Shown piece by piece: positions 1 through 9,586 of a DNA stretch of 64,000 nt. The stretch comes from an uncultured Gammaproteobacteria bacterium. Its GTDB lineage: Bacteria; Patescibacteriota; Microgenomatia; UBA12405. The notes beneath the pieces are model-generated. The model saw only the letters and a program-made list of their open reading frames with translations. It made no database searches and was not told where the DNA came from. The stretch is taken from the NCBI GenBank assembly GCA_964582365.1, contig CAZOQV010000001.1:12712-76711 (forward strand), given 5' to 3'. Made by a program: the position numbers and the translations under genes. The stretch's first letter is position 1. Each line of letters begins with the position of its first letter.

Positions 1-3000
1 CCACTGGTGTTTTTCTCGCTCCTTCATTATCTACAGTCGCCACTGATACCAATGGTGATAATCTCCAATACAAAATTGAAATCTGTACTGATTCAGCCAT
101 GTCTGTTGGTTGTACTATTTTTGATCAAACTTCTTCTAATGTTGGTTGGTCAGGTCAAGACATTGGTACTTCTGCCTATTCTTCGGGCACAACTGCTACC
201 TACACTCTTCAATCCCAACTAGATGTTGGTACTTCTTACTTCTGGCGTTCTTATGCCATTGATTACTTAGGTATTAATCGTTGGTCAGAAACTCAAGCCA
301 CTCCTTATTCTTTTGTCACTAACGACAAACCTTTCACCCCTAATTTAATTGTTCCCAGCATTGGCGCTACTGATGTTTTTATTACTCCCACTTTTCAAAC
401 TGTGGCCACTGATGTTAACAACAATCCTCTTCAATACGAACTAAAAATCTGTACTGATTCTGATATGACTACTAATTGTCAAACTTTTGATCAAAGCACT
501 AACAATAGTGGTTGGTCAGGTCAGAATGTTGGTACTTCTGCCTATTCTTCGGGCACCACTGCTACCTATGTTCTCTCAATTGGAAATTCTCTAGCCAAAA
601 ATACTACCTATTATTGGAAAACCCGAGCCAAAGATTATTCTGGCTCTAACACCTGGTCTGAAACTCAAAGTACTCCCAATTCTTTTGTCACTGGTGCTAG
701 TTTTGTCCCTCTTGTCCCAAATTTAATTTATCCGGGCACTGACACTTTTTTAAGCACTGGTGTCACTTATTCTACCATTGCAACTTATCCAAATTCTGTT
801 ACTTCTGCCGATGTCAATAATGATGGTCAACCTGATTTAATTACTGCTAATTCTGGTAGTCCTGATTCCATTACTGTTTTTATCAATAAATATGGTATTG
901 GTTCTAGTACTTTTAGCTCTGGTGTTAATTATTCGACCATTGGAGTTAATCCAACTTCTATCACCTCTGCCGATGTCAATGGTGATGGTCAGTCTGATTT
1001 AATTACTGCTAATTGGAGTGGTAACATCACTGTCTTTATCAATAAATATGGTATTGGTTCTAGTACTTTTAGTGTTGGTGTTACTTATCCAACTATTGGG
1101 TCTAGTCCAACTTCTGTCACCTCTGCCGATGTCAATGGTGATGGTCAGTCTGATTTAATTACTGCTAATTGGAGTGGTAACATCACTGTCTTTATCAATA
1201 AATATGGTATTGGTTCTAGTACTTTTAGTGTTGGTGTTACTTATCCATTTCCTGGATCAAATCTAGTAGACCATTTTGTCACTTCTGCCGATGTTAATGG
1301 TGACAATCAACCTGATTTAATTACTGCCAATGATTATGCTAACGACATCACTATTTTTATTAATAAATATGGTATTGGTTCTAGTACTTTTAGTACTGGT
1401 GTTAATTATTCAACTATTGGAACTTCTCCACGTTCTGTCACTTCTGCTGATCTTAATAGTGATGGTCAACCTGATTTAATTACTGCTGATTATAGTAGCA
1501 ACAACATTACTATTTTTACTAATAAATATGGTATTGGTTCTAGTACTTTTGACGTTGGTGTTACTTATCCAACTATTGGTACTAATCCACGTTCTGTCAC
1601 TTCTGCCGATATCAATGGTGATGGTAAGCAAGATTTAATTACTGTTAATTATGGTACTCCTGATTCTTTAACAATCTTTAATAACAATGGTGATGGTACT
1701 TTTAGTATTGGTGTTACTTATCCAACTATTGGAACTGATCCATATTCTGTCACTTCTGCCGATGTCAATAGTGACGGTAGGGCTGATTTAATTACTGCCA
1801 ATTATAATAGTAGTAAAAACATCACTGTTTTTACTAATAATCATTCTTCTAACATTTCCCTTACTCCTCTTTTCCAAACAGTTACCACTGATACTGAGAA
1901 TGATTATCTTCAATATCAAATAAAGTACTGTACTGATCTTGCCATGTCTGTTGGTTGTACTACTTTTGATCAGACTAGTTCTAATGTTGGTTGGTCATCT
2001 CAAGATGTCGGTACTTCTGCCTATTCTTCAGGCACCACTGCTTCTTATGCTCTTTCTATTGGTAATTCTCTTACTGAAGGTACCACCTATTATTGGCAAT
2101 CCCAAGCCATTGATCCTGCTGGTAAAAATGAATGGTCTGATACTCAAACCACTCCTTTTACTTTTACTACTGGAGTCAGACCTAATACTCCTGTCTTAAC
2201 TTCTCCTGCAATTGGTACTACTGAAGTTTCTCGTACTCCATCCTTATCCACAGTGGCCACTGATACTAATAGTGATAATCTCCAATACAAATTTGAAATT
2301 TGTACCGATTCAGGTATGACTACCAACTGTCAAATTTTTGATCAAACTAGTTCTAATGTTGGTTGGTCAGGTCAAAACATTGGTACTTCTGCCTATTCTT
2401 CGGGCACAACTGCTACTTACATTCTTCAATCACCCTTAGATGTTGGTACTTCTTACTTCTGGCGTTCTTATGCTATTGATTATTCCAGTACCAATCGTTG
2501 GTCGTTAACCCAATCAACTGTTTATTCTTTTGTTACCATTCTTGACCAAATTCCCAATCCTCCTTTTCTTCCCTATGTCAACGACATTACTGCTCAGGCT
2601 GGCCAACAAACTCCAGTTAGTGGTTTAATCGATCATACTCCCGCCTTTTCGGCTGTTTTTGATGATCCGGACACTTCCGATACCAGTTCATTTTATCAGC
2701 TTCAAATAGGTACAGACACAGATTGGGCTAGTGCTGAAATTTGGGACAGTACTAAATCTTCAATTGGCAGTACTTGTAACGAAAATTCTCGTTGTGCCGA
2801 TATTGTTTATGGTGGGGGAACCAGCCTTGCCGATGGTTCCACCTATTATTGGCGAATTAAATTTTGGGATAATTTCGACGCCGAAGGTTCTTGGTCTGAC
2901 ACTCAACAATTTTCCATGAATAGTGTTCCAGTTGTTTCTAATGTCGTTATCAATGGTAATAATAGTATTAATCTTTCTGAAAATTTAACCATCGGTATCA

Positions 3001-3707
3001 GTTGGGTTTCTACTGTCACTGACGCCGACACTTATTTAAATCTTTCCTCTGCTACGGGTAAAATTTACCGTTCTGGACTTGGTTCAACTTGCACTTTAGA
3101 TAATAATAATTGTTATCAAGACGCTAGTTGTAATTTTTATAATTGTAGTGACAATTCTTGTTCTGTACTTTGTAGTGCCGATCTTTATTTCTTTACCGAG
3201 GCCACCGATGAAGGTTCTACTTTTGCCAGTCAACATTATGAAGCTTGGGTTGAAGTCACCGACATTGAAAGTGAAGTTGGCTCCACTATCAGCAGTTCTA
3301 CTACCGTCGATGTTAACACCATGTCTGCTTTTAGCATCGGTACTTCGATTTTTTATGGTGAAGTTTTTGCCGGCAGTGACACTGGTTCCAGCAATGCCAT
3401 CACCACCGTTACTAATACTGGTAATTCTTTAATTAATTTGGAAATTACAGGGGATTATCTCTGTACCGATTACCCCAGTTGTGGAGATCAAACCATTGAG
3501 CCTTACAATCAACAATATAATTTATCAACCTTTAGTTACGGTACTGGAACCACTTTAAGCACTTCACCTCAGAGTGTTGAAGTTGGTATTTCCAAGCCAA
3601 CCGAATCTCCATCTAATTCATTTAAAAATTTATATTGGGGCATTGGTATTCCTAACTTAAAAGAACCAGGGAATTATCAAGGAGCCACCACTATTTTATT
3701 TTATTAA
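1..3707 (+). CDS. Giant secreted/cell-surface repeat protein, 5'-truncated by the window edge (the frame is open from nt 3). It has seven FG-GAP/beta-propeller-like repeats (SADVNGDGQ.DLITAN...VFINKYGIGSSTF) and four copies of a ~90-aa module (LQY.I.ICTD...C.TFDQTS.NVGWSGQ..GTSAYSSGTTATY...TYYW...W). The C-terminal Cys-rich region has no sortase signal
   Basis: The reading frame continues upstream of nt 99, and the translation of nt 3-98 matches the later repeat TPSLSTVATDTNSDNLQYKFEICTD. The repeat motifs were read directly in the translation, and the composition is Ser/Thr/Gly-rich. Confidence 0.7.
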   Translation, partial: TGVFLAPSLSTVATDTNGDNLQYKIEICTDSAMSVGCTIFDQTSSNVGWSGQDIGTSAYSSGTTATYTLQSQLDVGTSYFWRSYAIDYLGINRWSETQATPYSFVTNDKPFTPNLIVPSIGATDVFITPTFQTVATDVNNNPLQYELKICTDSDMTTNCQTFDQSTNNSGWSGQNVGTSAYSSGTTATYVLSIGNSLAKNTTYYWKTRAKDYSGSNTWSETQSTPNSFVTGASFVPLVPNLIYPGTDTFLSTGVTYSTIATYPNSVTSADVNNDGQPDLITANSGSPDSITVFINKYGIGSSTFSSGVNYSTIGVNPTSITSADVNGDGQSDLITANWSGNITVFINKYGIGSSTFSVGVTYPTIGSSPTSVTSADVNGDGQSDLITANWSGNITVFINKYGIGSSTFSVGVTYPFPGSNLVDHFVTSADVNGDNQPDLITANDYANDITIFINKYGIGSSTFSTGVNYSTIGTSPRSVTSADLNSDGQPDLITADYSSNNITIFTNKYGIGSSTFDVGVTYPTIGTNPRSVTSADINGDGKQDLITVNYGTPDSLTIFNNNGDGTFSIGVTYPTIGTDPYSVTSADVNSDGRADLITANYNSSKNITVFTNNHSSNISLTPLFQTVTTDTENDYLQYQIKYCTDLAMSVGCTTFDQTSSNVGWSSQDVGTSAYSSGTTASYALSIGNSLTEGTTYYWQSQAIDPAGKNEWSDTQTTPFTFTTGVRPNTPVLTSPAIGTTEVSRTPSLSTVATDTNSDNLQYKFEICTDSGMTTNCQIFDQTSSNVGWSGQNIGTSAYSSGTTATYILQSPLDVGTSYFWRSYAIDYSSTNRWSLTQSTVYSFVTILDQIPNPPFLPYVNDITAQAGQQTPVSGLIDHTPAFSAVFDDPDTSDTSSFYQLQIGTDTDWASAEIWDSTKSSIGSTCNENSRCADIVYGGGTSLADGSTYYWRIKFWDNFDAEGSWSDTQQFSMNSVPVVSNVVINGNNSINLSENLTIGISWVSTVTDADTYLNLSSATGKIYRSGLGSTCTLDNNNCYQDASCNFYNCSDNSCSVLCSADLYFFTEATDEGSTFASQHYEAWVEVTDIESEVGSTISSSTTVDVNTMSAFSIGTSIFYGEVFAGSDTGSSNAITTVTNTGNSLINLEITGDYLCTDYPSCGDQTIEPYNQQYNLSTFSYGTGTTLSTSPQSVEVGISKPTESPSNSFKNLYWGIGIPNLKEPGNYQGATTILFY
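795..1860 (+). repeat. Intragenic tandem DNA repeats of about 150-170 nt, around seven units, encoding the FG-GAP-like repeats. Units 2 and 3 are near-identical at the DNA level
   Basis: The motif tctgccgatgtcaat...gatttaattactgc recurs at about 798, 966, 1126, 1284, 1446, 1603 and 1752. A >120-nt near-perfect duplicate occurs at about 966 and 1126. Confidence 0.85.
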
Positions 3708-3803
3708 TTAACAAAATAATCTCGATAAAAGCACCTAATTTGATACATTGATTTTATTTTACATAACCATTATAGTTTTAAATAGAAAGTAACAAAAAAA
3801 ATT

Positions 3804-5471
3804 ATGAAATTAAGTTCGAAAAAAATTATTATTTGTCTAGTTTTCATTGCTGTATTTTTACTGCCCATTAAAAAAATTCTGGCCGAAACTATTGCCACTT
3901 CTGTCATTGTTGGTAATTCCGCTCCTACTTTTAGTGTTCAACCTTTTGAAACAATTGCTTCTACCACCGCCGCTCCAACCAATGTCGGTTCTACTGTAAC
4001 TTTTCAAGCCACTGGTACCGATGGTAATAATGAAAATTATTATTTAGCTATTTGTAAGACCAATGCCATTACTGCCAATAACAACGGTGCTCCAACTTGT
4101 ACAGGTGGTTATTGGTGTATTTCTGGTTCCACCACTTCTGGTAGTCCTGGTAGCTGTGGTTTTGGTACTCTTCAAGCCACCCCAGAATCCAACAACTGGT
4201 ATGCTTTTATTTGTGATCATTCACCGTCTTCTGCTTGTTCAGCTTCCTCTCAAGGTACTGTTGGCGGTAACGGTTCTCCATTCGAAGTTAATCACCCTCC
4301 ATCATTTGTTTCAATCGGGGTTACCACTCCTTTAAGCCCAGGTTCAACTCAAACCTGGTCTACTACCATCGGTACTTCTGATGCCGACACCGGTGCCAGT
4401 GATACTGTCAATCTTGTTGTCTGTAAAACCACTGGTATTACCAATGGGGCTTGTGACGGTGGTGCCGCCGATACTTGGTGTAGCAGTTCTCCGGTTGCTA
4501 GTGCTCCAAGCTGTTCTATCGGTATCAGTATTCCCACTCTCGACATAGGTTATACTGCTTTTGTTTATGTTTTTGATAATCACAATTTAGCCGCCACTGG
4601 TGCTGTTCAAGCCAGTGTTGCCAATTATGTAATAAATAATATTGCTCCAGTTGTTAGTGCCATCACTTTAAATAGTTCGGTTGGAACCAGTGACATTACT
4701 TTAAATGAAGGCGCCACTACTCCAGTTGTTCTAGGTGCCACCATTACTGACAACAACGGTTGTCTTGATCTTGATTCTGTAGTTGCCAGTCTTTATCGTT
4801 CCGGTATTGGTTATTCAGATTGTGATACCGAGGGTGAAGCTAACCCTAACAATTGTTATCCCGCCATGACTTGTGAGGTTAATAATGCCGTCAATGCTTG
4901 TAGTGGTGCCACCGATGCCTCTGCCGCTTATATTTGTACTGCCAATGTTAAACATTATGCCGATCCTACGGTTGATAATACCACTTACTCTGCTCAAACT
5001 TGGCTTGATACTTTTAAGGCCAGTGATGAAGCTTTAGACGATGCCCAAACTCTTGGTGCTGGCGTTGAAATGAATGATTTATTAGCCATGGACATTGGTT
5101 CTTCCCTTGCTTTCGGTAATCTTTCTGCTGGTCAAAGTTTAAGCCCTTTAAGTGCTTTAACCGTTGTCACCGCTACTGGTAATGTCGGTCTCGATCAAAC
5201 CCTTGAAGGTACTCACATGTACAGCGTTGGTAACACCATTTCTGTTGAAAACCAAAAGTATTCTTTATCATCAGGAACCTCATATGCCAGTGGTATTGCC
5301 CTCGGTTTAACTCCTGTTGAAGCCGAATTAAATTGTAAAAAAACCACTTCTGATGTTGGTGAAACCAAACCAACCTACTGGGGTATTTACATTCCAATTG
5401 GAACAGTTGCTGGCACTTACGGTGGCACCAACACCGTCATAGCAGTTAAAGGTGAATTTGCCGCGTGGTAA
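3804..5471 (+). CDS. Secreted Cys-rich multidomain protein. It has an N-terminal signal peptide, two duplicated ~130-aa Cys-containing domains, then Ig-like domains
   Basis: MKLSSKKIIICLVFIAVFLLPIKKILA reads as a signal peptide. There is an internal duplication (GNSAPTFSV... versus VNHPPSFVS...) with conserved Cys spacing. Confidence 0.55.
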   Translation: MKLSSKKIIICLVFIAVFLLPIKKILAETIATSVIVGNSAPTFSVQPFETIASTTAAPTNVGSTVTFQATGTDGNNENYYLAICKTNAITANNNGAPTCTGGYWCISGSTTSGSPGSCGFGTLQATPESNNWYAFICDHSPSSACSASSQGTVGGNGSPFEVNHPPSFVSIGVTTPLSPGSTQTWSTTIGTSDADTGASDTVNLVVCKTTGITNGACDGGAADTWCSSSPVASAPSCSIGISIPTLDIGYTAFVYVFDNHNLAATGAVQASVANYVINNIAPVVSAITLNSSVGTSDITLNEGATTPVVLGATITDNNGCLDLDSVVASLYRSGIGYSDCDTEGEANPNNCYPAMTCEVNNAVNACSGATDASAAYICTANVKHYADPTVDNTTYSAQTWLDTFKASDEALDDAQTLGAGVEMNDLLAMDIGSSLAFGNLSAGQSLSPLSALTVVTATGNVGLDQTLEGTHMYSVGNTISVENQKYSLSSGTSYASGIALGLTPVEAELNCKKTTSDVGETKPTYWGIYIPIGTVAGTYGGTNTVIAVKGEFAAW

Positions 5472-5479
5472 TATAAATT

Positions 5480-6772
5480 ATGAAAAAACTTAGATTATTA
5501 ATCATACTCTTAACCGCCATTTTACCTTTTGTTTTAACAAAATCAGTTTTTGCCGGTTTTGGCGTTTCTCCAGCCGAAATCTATAACGACAGTCTAAAGC
5601 CAGGAGCAAAATTTGAGAAAGAAATTATTTTATCTAGATCAGATCCAGATGAGAATTTAAAAGTAATTATTGAAACTGATCTTCATGAAGCCGAATCTTG
5701 GATAAAATTTGAACCAGGTCGAGAATTTGTTTTTCCCAAAGGTGAAACTCGTATCTCTTTAAAAGTAACCATTAATGTTCCTGACAATGCTGAATTAAAA
5801 AATTACAAAGGTCTTTTAAGAATTAAAGCCGCATCCATGGATTCCACCAATTCTGGAGTTTCTATCGTCCAAGGTGCTCGCATGGAAGTTAATCTCGTCA
5901 CTACTTCCATTAATGTTGATATTTTAAGCATTAAAGGTTTAAATATTCCTAACGTCGATTTTCAGCAACCGATTAAACTTTTAGTTAATATTGAAAACAA
6001 TGGTAATACTGAAGTTACTCCTTCAAAAATTATTTTAGAAATCCAAGATTTAACTCAAACTACCATTGAAACTCAAGAAGTTACTAAACTTGATAAAGTT
6101 TCTCCCAATACCACCAAAGAAATAACTGCTGAATTTAAAAATAACCTAAACAGTGGTGAATACTTTGGTTTAGTTAAAGTTTATTTAAATGATAAATTAT
6201 TAAGATCTGATCGTTTAGTTTTCAAAATTAATGCCGCTCCAGAAGGTTACGTAGCCTTAACCACTAAAGATGCTAACTTGTTCTCCCGAATTTTTACTTT
6301 TATTAAAAATAATAAAGTCGAAACCATCGCCTTTATTTTAATTCCTCTGTTACCAATTCTTATTGGCTACATCTTATTTAAAAAATCGAAATCAACCAAG
6401 TTAAGGGTAATCTTTTTTATCGCCACTCTTGCCTATATAATTTTTATCATTATTTTAATCAGCCTTTATCATCAGAAACGTCTTAACGATCTCGCTAAAC
6501 CAGGTGATGGGGGAAATGTTCAAGGAGAAATGATTGAAGTAACTCCAACCGATATTCCCAAAGTATCTTCTCAGTCTCCTTTAATAGTAAATCAAGACAA
6601 TACTGGTTATTCTGTTTATCGAATTCCAGATTTAAGTTCCAATATCGTTTATACCGCGGTTGAGAATGAAAAACTCAATGTCGTTGGCGAAATAGAAGGT
6701 TGGTACCAGGTTTTAACCAGTAAAGGGGCTGGTGGTTGGTTACCAAAATCCAGCGTCAAGAAAACACAATAA
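5480..6772 (+). CDS. Signal-peptide protein with a central double TM anchor and a C-terminal bacterial SH3 (SH3b)-like domain
   Basis: An N-terminal hydrophobic leader, hydrophobic stretches IAFILIPLLPILIGYILF and VIFFIATLAYIIFIIILISLY, and the C-terminal motif GYSVYRIP...GWYQVLTSKGAGGWLPKSSV, which is typical of SH3b. The start lies 8 nt after the upstream stop. Confidence 0.55.
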   Translation: MKKLRLLIILLTAILPFVLTKSVFAGFGVSPAEIYNDSLKPGAKFEKEIILSRSDPDENLKVIIETDLHEAESWIKFEPGREFVFPKGETRISLKVTINVPDNAELKNYKGLLRIKAASMDSTNSGVSIVQGARMEVNLVTTSINVDILSIKGLNIPNVDFQQPIKLLVNIENNGNTEVTPSKIILEIQDLTQTTIETQEVTKLDKVSPNTTKEITAEFKNNLNSGEYFGLVKVYLNDKLLRSDRLVFKINAAPEGYVALTTKDANLFSRIFTFIKNNKVETIAFILIPLLPILIGYILFKKSKSTKLRVIFFIATLAYIIFIIILISLYHQKRLNDLAKPGDGGNVQGEMIEVTPTDIPKVSSQSPLIVNQDNTGYSVYRIPDLSSNIVYTAVENEKLNVVGEIEGWYQVLTSKGAGGWLPKSSVKKTQ

Positions 6773-6791
6773 TTGTGTAGTAAAATAGGTG

Positions 6792-8477
6792 ATGACTTCA
6801 AATTTCTCCACTATTAAAATTGCTGGTCCAGCTGGTTCTGGAATTAAATCTGCCGGCCAACTTTTTTCTAAAATTTTAATTGATCATGGTTTTAACTTAG
6901 CCGATTATAGCGAATATCCGTCTCTTGTTAGGGGAGGGCACAACACTTATCAAATCACTTTTTCCGATCAAAAAGTTTTTTCTACCCATTTTAACGTCGA
7001 TTTATTCTTTTCTGTTTATCCGGGGCATTGGCAACAACATCAAGATGAATTTACTAAATCAACTCTCATTTTTTCCGAAGAAGATTTTTCTGGTGCTAAA
7101 TCTAAAGCCAATTTTATTAATCTTCCTTTAAAAGAAATGGCCACTCAAGCTGGTAGTTCTTTAGTTATTAATACTCTTTGTTTGGGTGTTGCCACTTATC
7201 TTTACAATTTAGATGCCAAAAAAGCTAAAGAATTTATTTGTGAAGCCTATGCTAAATATGGCGAAATAAATTGCAATGCCTTTGATTTATCCTATGAATA
7301 CGCCAAAAATAATCTTTCTAAATTTCAAATTAAAATTAAAAAACCAGTTAAAAAAACCAAAATGGGTTTTAACGAAGGTAATGAAGCTTTCGGCTGGGGA
7401 TTCATCAAGGGTGGTGGTAAATTTTACGCCGCTTACCCTATGACTCCCGCCACTGGCACTCTTCACTTCTTGGCCAACAAACAAGCCGAGTTTAAATTAA
7501 CTGTTGTTCATCCAGAAGACGAGATTGCTGCCGCCAATATGGCTGCTGGAGCCGCTTTTGCCGGTGCCCGCAGCGCCACTGGCACTTCAGGTGGTGGTTT
7601 TGCTCTTATGAATGAAGTTGTTAGTTTTTGCGGTATCACTGAAATTGGTATGGTTTATTATTTAGTTTCTCGTCCTGGTCCGGCCACTGGTCTTCCCACT
7701 TGGACCAGCCAAGGTGATTTACTCCACGCTATTTATTCTGGTCACGGTGAATTTTCTAAAGTTGTTTTAGCCCCCGGTGATGTTGATGAATCTTTTGAAT
7801 TAGGCTACACCTCACTTAACTTAGCCGCTCGACTTCAAACTCCAATTATCGTCGTTAGTGATAAATTAATTGGTGAGTCAAGCTCCAGCACTAAATATTT
7901 TCCCGATATTGATGTAAAAATAGACGCAGGTGAAATAAAAACCGAAATAGAAGAAACTGATTTCAAAAGATACGCTTTCACCAAAGATGGCATTTCTCCA
8001 CTTTCTTTGCCAGGCACTCCTGGTGGTGAATTTTTATGTAACAGTTACGAACATGATGAATTTGGTTTTGCTACCGAAGATGCTGTTTTGGCCGAAAAAA
8101 TGTTTAATAAAAGAATGGCTAAACTAGAAATTGCTCAAAAAATCTGTCCTAAGGCCAATTTCTTTGCTTCCAAAAAAGCTAAAAAATTAATTTTAACTTG
8201 GGGTTCTCCCAAAGGTGCCATTTTAGAAGCCTTAAAATTAATGGACAACAAGGAAGATTTCGCTGTTTTACAATTAAAAACTCTTTGGCCAATTAATCCT
8301 GAAATTAAAACCATTATCAATGCTTTCAAAAAAATTATTGTTATTGAAAATAACGGTACCAATCAATTAATTACTCTTTTAAAATCTCAATTCGATTTTA
8401 ATCCTACTACTATTATCAATAAAAATAATGGCCGCCCTTTCTTCCCAGAAGAAATTATTGATTTACTTAAAAAGTGA
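6792..8477 (+). CDS. 2-oxoacid:ferredoxin oxidoreductase alpha subunit (KorA/OorA-type, fused gamma+alpha domains)
   Basis: The N-terminal gamma-domain motif IKIAGPAGSGIKSAGQ and the alpha-domain motif AAYPMTPATG. The length is 560 aa. Start taken at the ATG at 6792; the upstream GTG at 6789 is in frame. Confidence 0.8.
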   Translation: MTSNFSTIKIAGPAGSGIKSAGQLFSKILIDHGFNLADYSEYPSLVRGGHNTYQITFSDQKVFSTHFNVDLFFSVYPGHWQQHQDEFTKSTLIFSEEDFSGAKSKANFINLPLKEMATQAGSSLVINTLCLGVATYLYNLDAKKAKEFICEAYAKYGEINCNAFDLSYEYAKNNLSKFQIKIKKPVKKTKMGFNEGNEAFGWGFIKGGGKFYAAYPMTPATGTLHFLANKQAEFKLTVVHPEDEIAAANMAAGAAFAGARSATGTSGGGFALMNEVVSFCGITEIGMVYYLVSRPGPATGLPTWTSQGDLLHAIYSGHGEFSKVVLAPGDVDESFELGYTSLNLAARLQTPIIVVSDKLIGESSSSTKYFPDIDVKIDAGEIKTEIEETDFKRYAFTKDGISPLSLPGTPGGEFLCNSYEHDEFGFATEDAVLAEKMFNKRMAKLEIAQKICPKANFFASKKAKKLILTWGSPKGAILEALKLMDNKEDFAVLQLKTLWPINPEIKTIINAFKKIIVIENNGTNQLITLLKSQFDFNPTTIINKNNGRPFFPEEIIDLLKK

Positions 8478-8509
8478 AATTATTAATTCTTAATTATTAA
8501 CTCTTAATT

Positions 8510-9130
8510 ATGATAAATTACCGCTCTAATATCGTTCCAACTTTTTGTCCAGGTTGTCACAATTTTTTTGTCTATGCTGCCATGCAGTCGGCCTTTAATG
8601 CCATAAATTTAAAATCATCCGATTTAGCCATTAATTTTGATATTGGTTGTGTTGGCAATATGGCTGATTTTTTTAAAGTTTACGGCGTTCACACTCTTCA
8701 TGGCCGATCTGTTGCCATGGCTATGGGTGAAAAATTAGCTAACCCTAACTTGACGGTTTGTGTTGTTGGTGGTGATGGTGGTCTTTATGGTGAAGGCTTA
8801 AACCACTTAATTGCCGCCGCCAGATCAAACATAAACATCACTGTTTTTGTTTCTAATAATTATCTTTATAGTCTAACTACTGGTCAAACTAGTCCCACCA
8901 CCCCCAAAGGTTCTCGTACTAAATCCACTCCATTGGGTAACACTAATGAACCTGTCGATATTCTCAAATTAATGACAGCTATTAATCCAAATGTTTTTGT
9001 TAAATCAGTTGATGCCAAAGACATTCAAGAAGTTTCTAAAACATTTAAAGAAGCTTTGGAATTTAAAGGTTTTTCTCTGGTTGAAACTCGTCAAGAATGT
9101 CTCGCTTTTGGTAAACAATTAAAAAGTTAA
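8510..9130 (+). CDS. 2-oxoacid:ferredoxin oxidoreductase beta subunit (TPP-binding). It is unusually short at 206 aa
   Basis: CPGCHNF at the N-terminus and the TPP motif VVGGDGGLYGEGLNHL...VSNN. Confidence 0.75.
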   Translation: MINYRSNIVPTFCPGCHNFFVYAAMQSAFNAINLKSSDLAINFDIGCVGNMADFFKVYGVHTLHGRSVAMAMGEKLANPNLTVCVVGGDGGLYGEGLNHLIAAARSNINITVFVSNNYLYSLTTGQTSPTTPKGSRTKSTPLGNTNEPVDILKLMTAINPNVFVKSVDAKDIQEVSKTFKEALEFKGFSLVETRQECLAFGKQLKS

Positions 9131-9136
9131 ACAAAT

Positions 9137-9541
9137 ATGAATTTGACTTCACCAGCTAATTGGGAAGAATTAGTTAATTTAAAATCAATTTTACCAACTT
9201 GTACCCCAGAATTTGCTCGCTTAGCTGAAGATCTTAGATATTATCGTCTTTATCAAGAACTAGTCCCCAAAAAAATCAGATTAGAGATATTGGAAAGACG
9301 ATTATCTGATGACATTTGTTTTGCTAAAAATATGTTTCCTTATACTCGTCTTTTAGTTAATTTACCAAAAGTAAAACAATATTGTCTTTGGTCAAAAAAT
9401 GGTAAATTGTCCGACGAAGAAGTTGAAGCAAAAATTAATAAAACATTTCCCTCGAAATCATATTTTTGGTTTGAAAATTCAGCAGCCACTAAATCTGTTC
9501 CTGAAATCTGGCATTGCCATGTCTTTGTTAAAGAAGATTAA
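9137..9541 (+). CDS. Hypothetical protein with a conserved C-terminal motif WHCHVFVKE
   Basis: ORF only; no recognised domain. Confidence 0.35.
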   Translation: MNLTSPANWEELVNLKSILPTCTPEFARLAEDLRYYRLYQELVPKKIRLEILERRLSDDICFAKNMFPYTRLLVNLPKVKQYCLWSKNGKLSDEEVEAKINKTFPSKSYFWFENSAATKSVPEIWHCHVFVKED

Positions 9542-9586
9542 TTTGATATTATTAAAAGGGAAAAATTAAACACCCCTTTTTTAATT

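Noticed and set aside
795-1860. Regularly spaced ~160-nt repeats that could be mistaken for a CRISPR-like array
   Set aside because: The period is far too long and the repeats are in frame inside a continuous ORF encoding FG-GAP-like protein repeats. There is no spacer/repeat architecture and no cas genes
1939-5397. Many 60-110-aa antisense or off-frame ORFs inside the large repeat-protein genes (1939..2199, 2144..2326, 4063..4335, 4344..4583 and others)
   Set aside because: These are shadow ORFs generated by repetitive, codon-biased sequence. They are fully embedded in long well-supported CDSs and their translations are Leu/Val low-complexity
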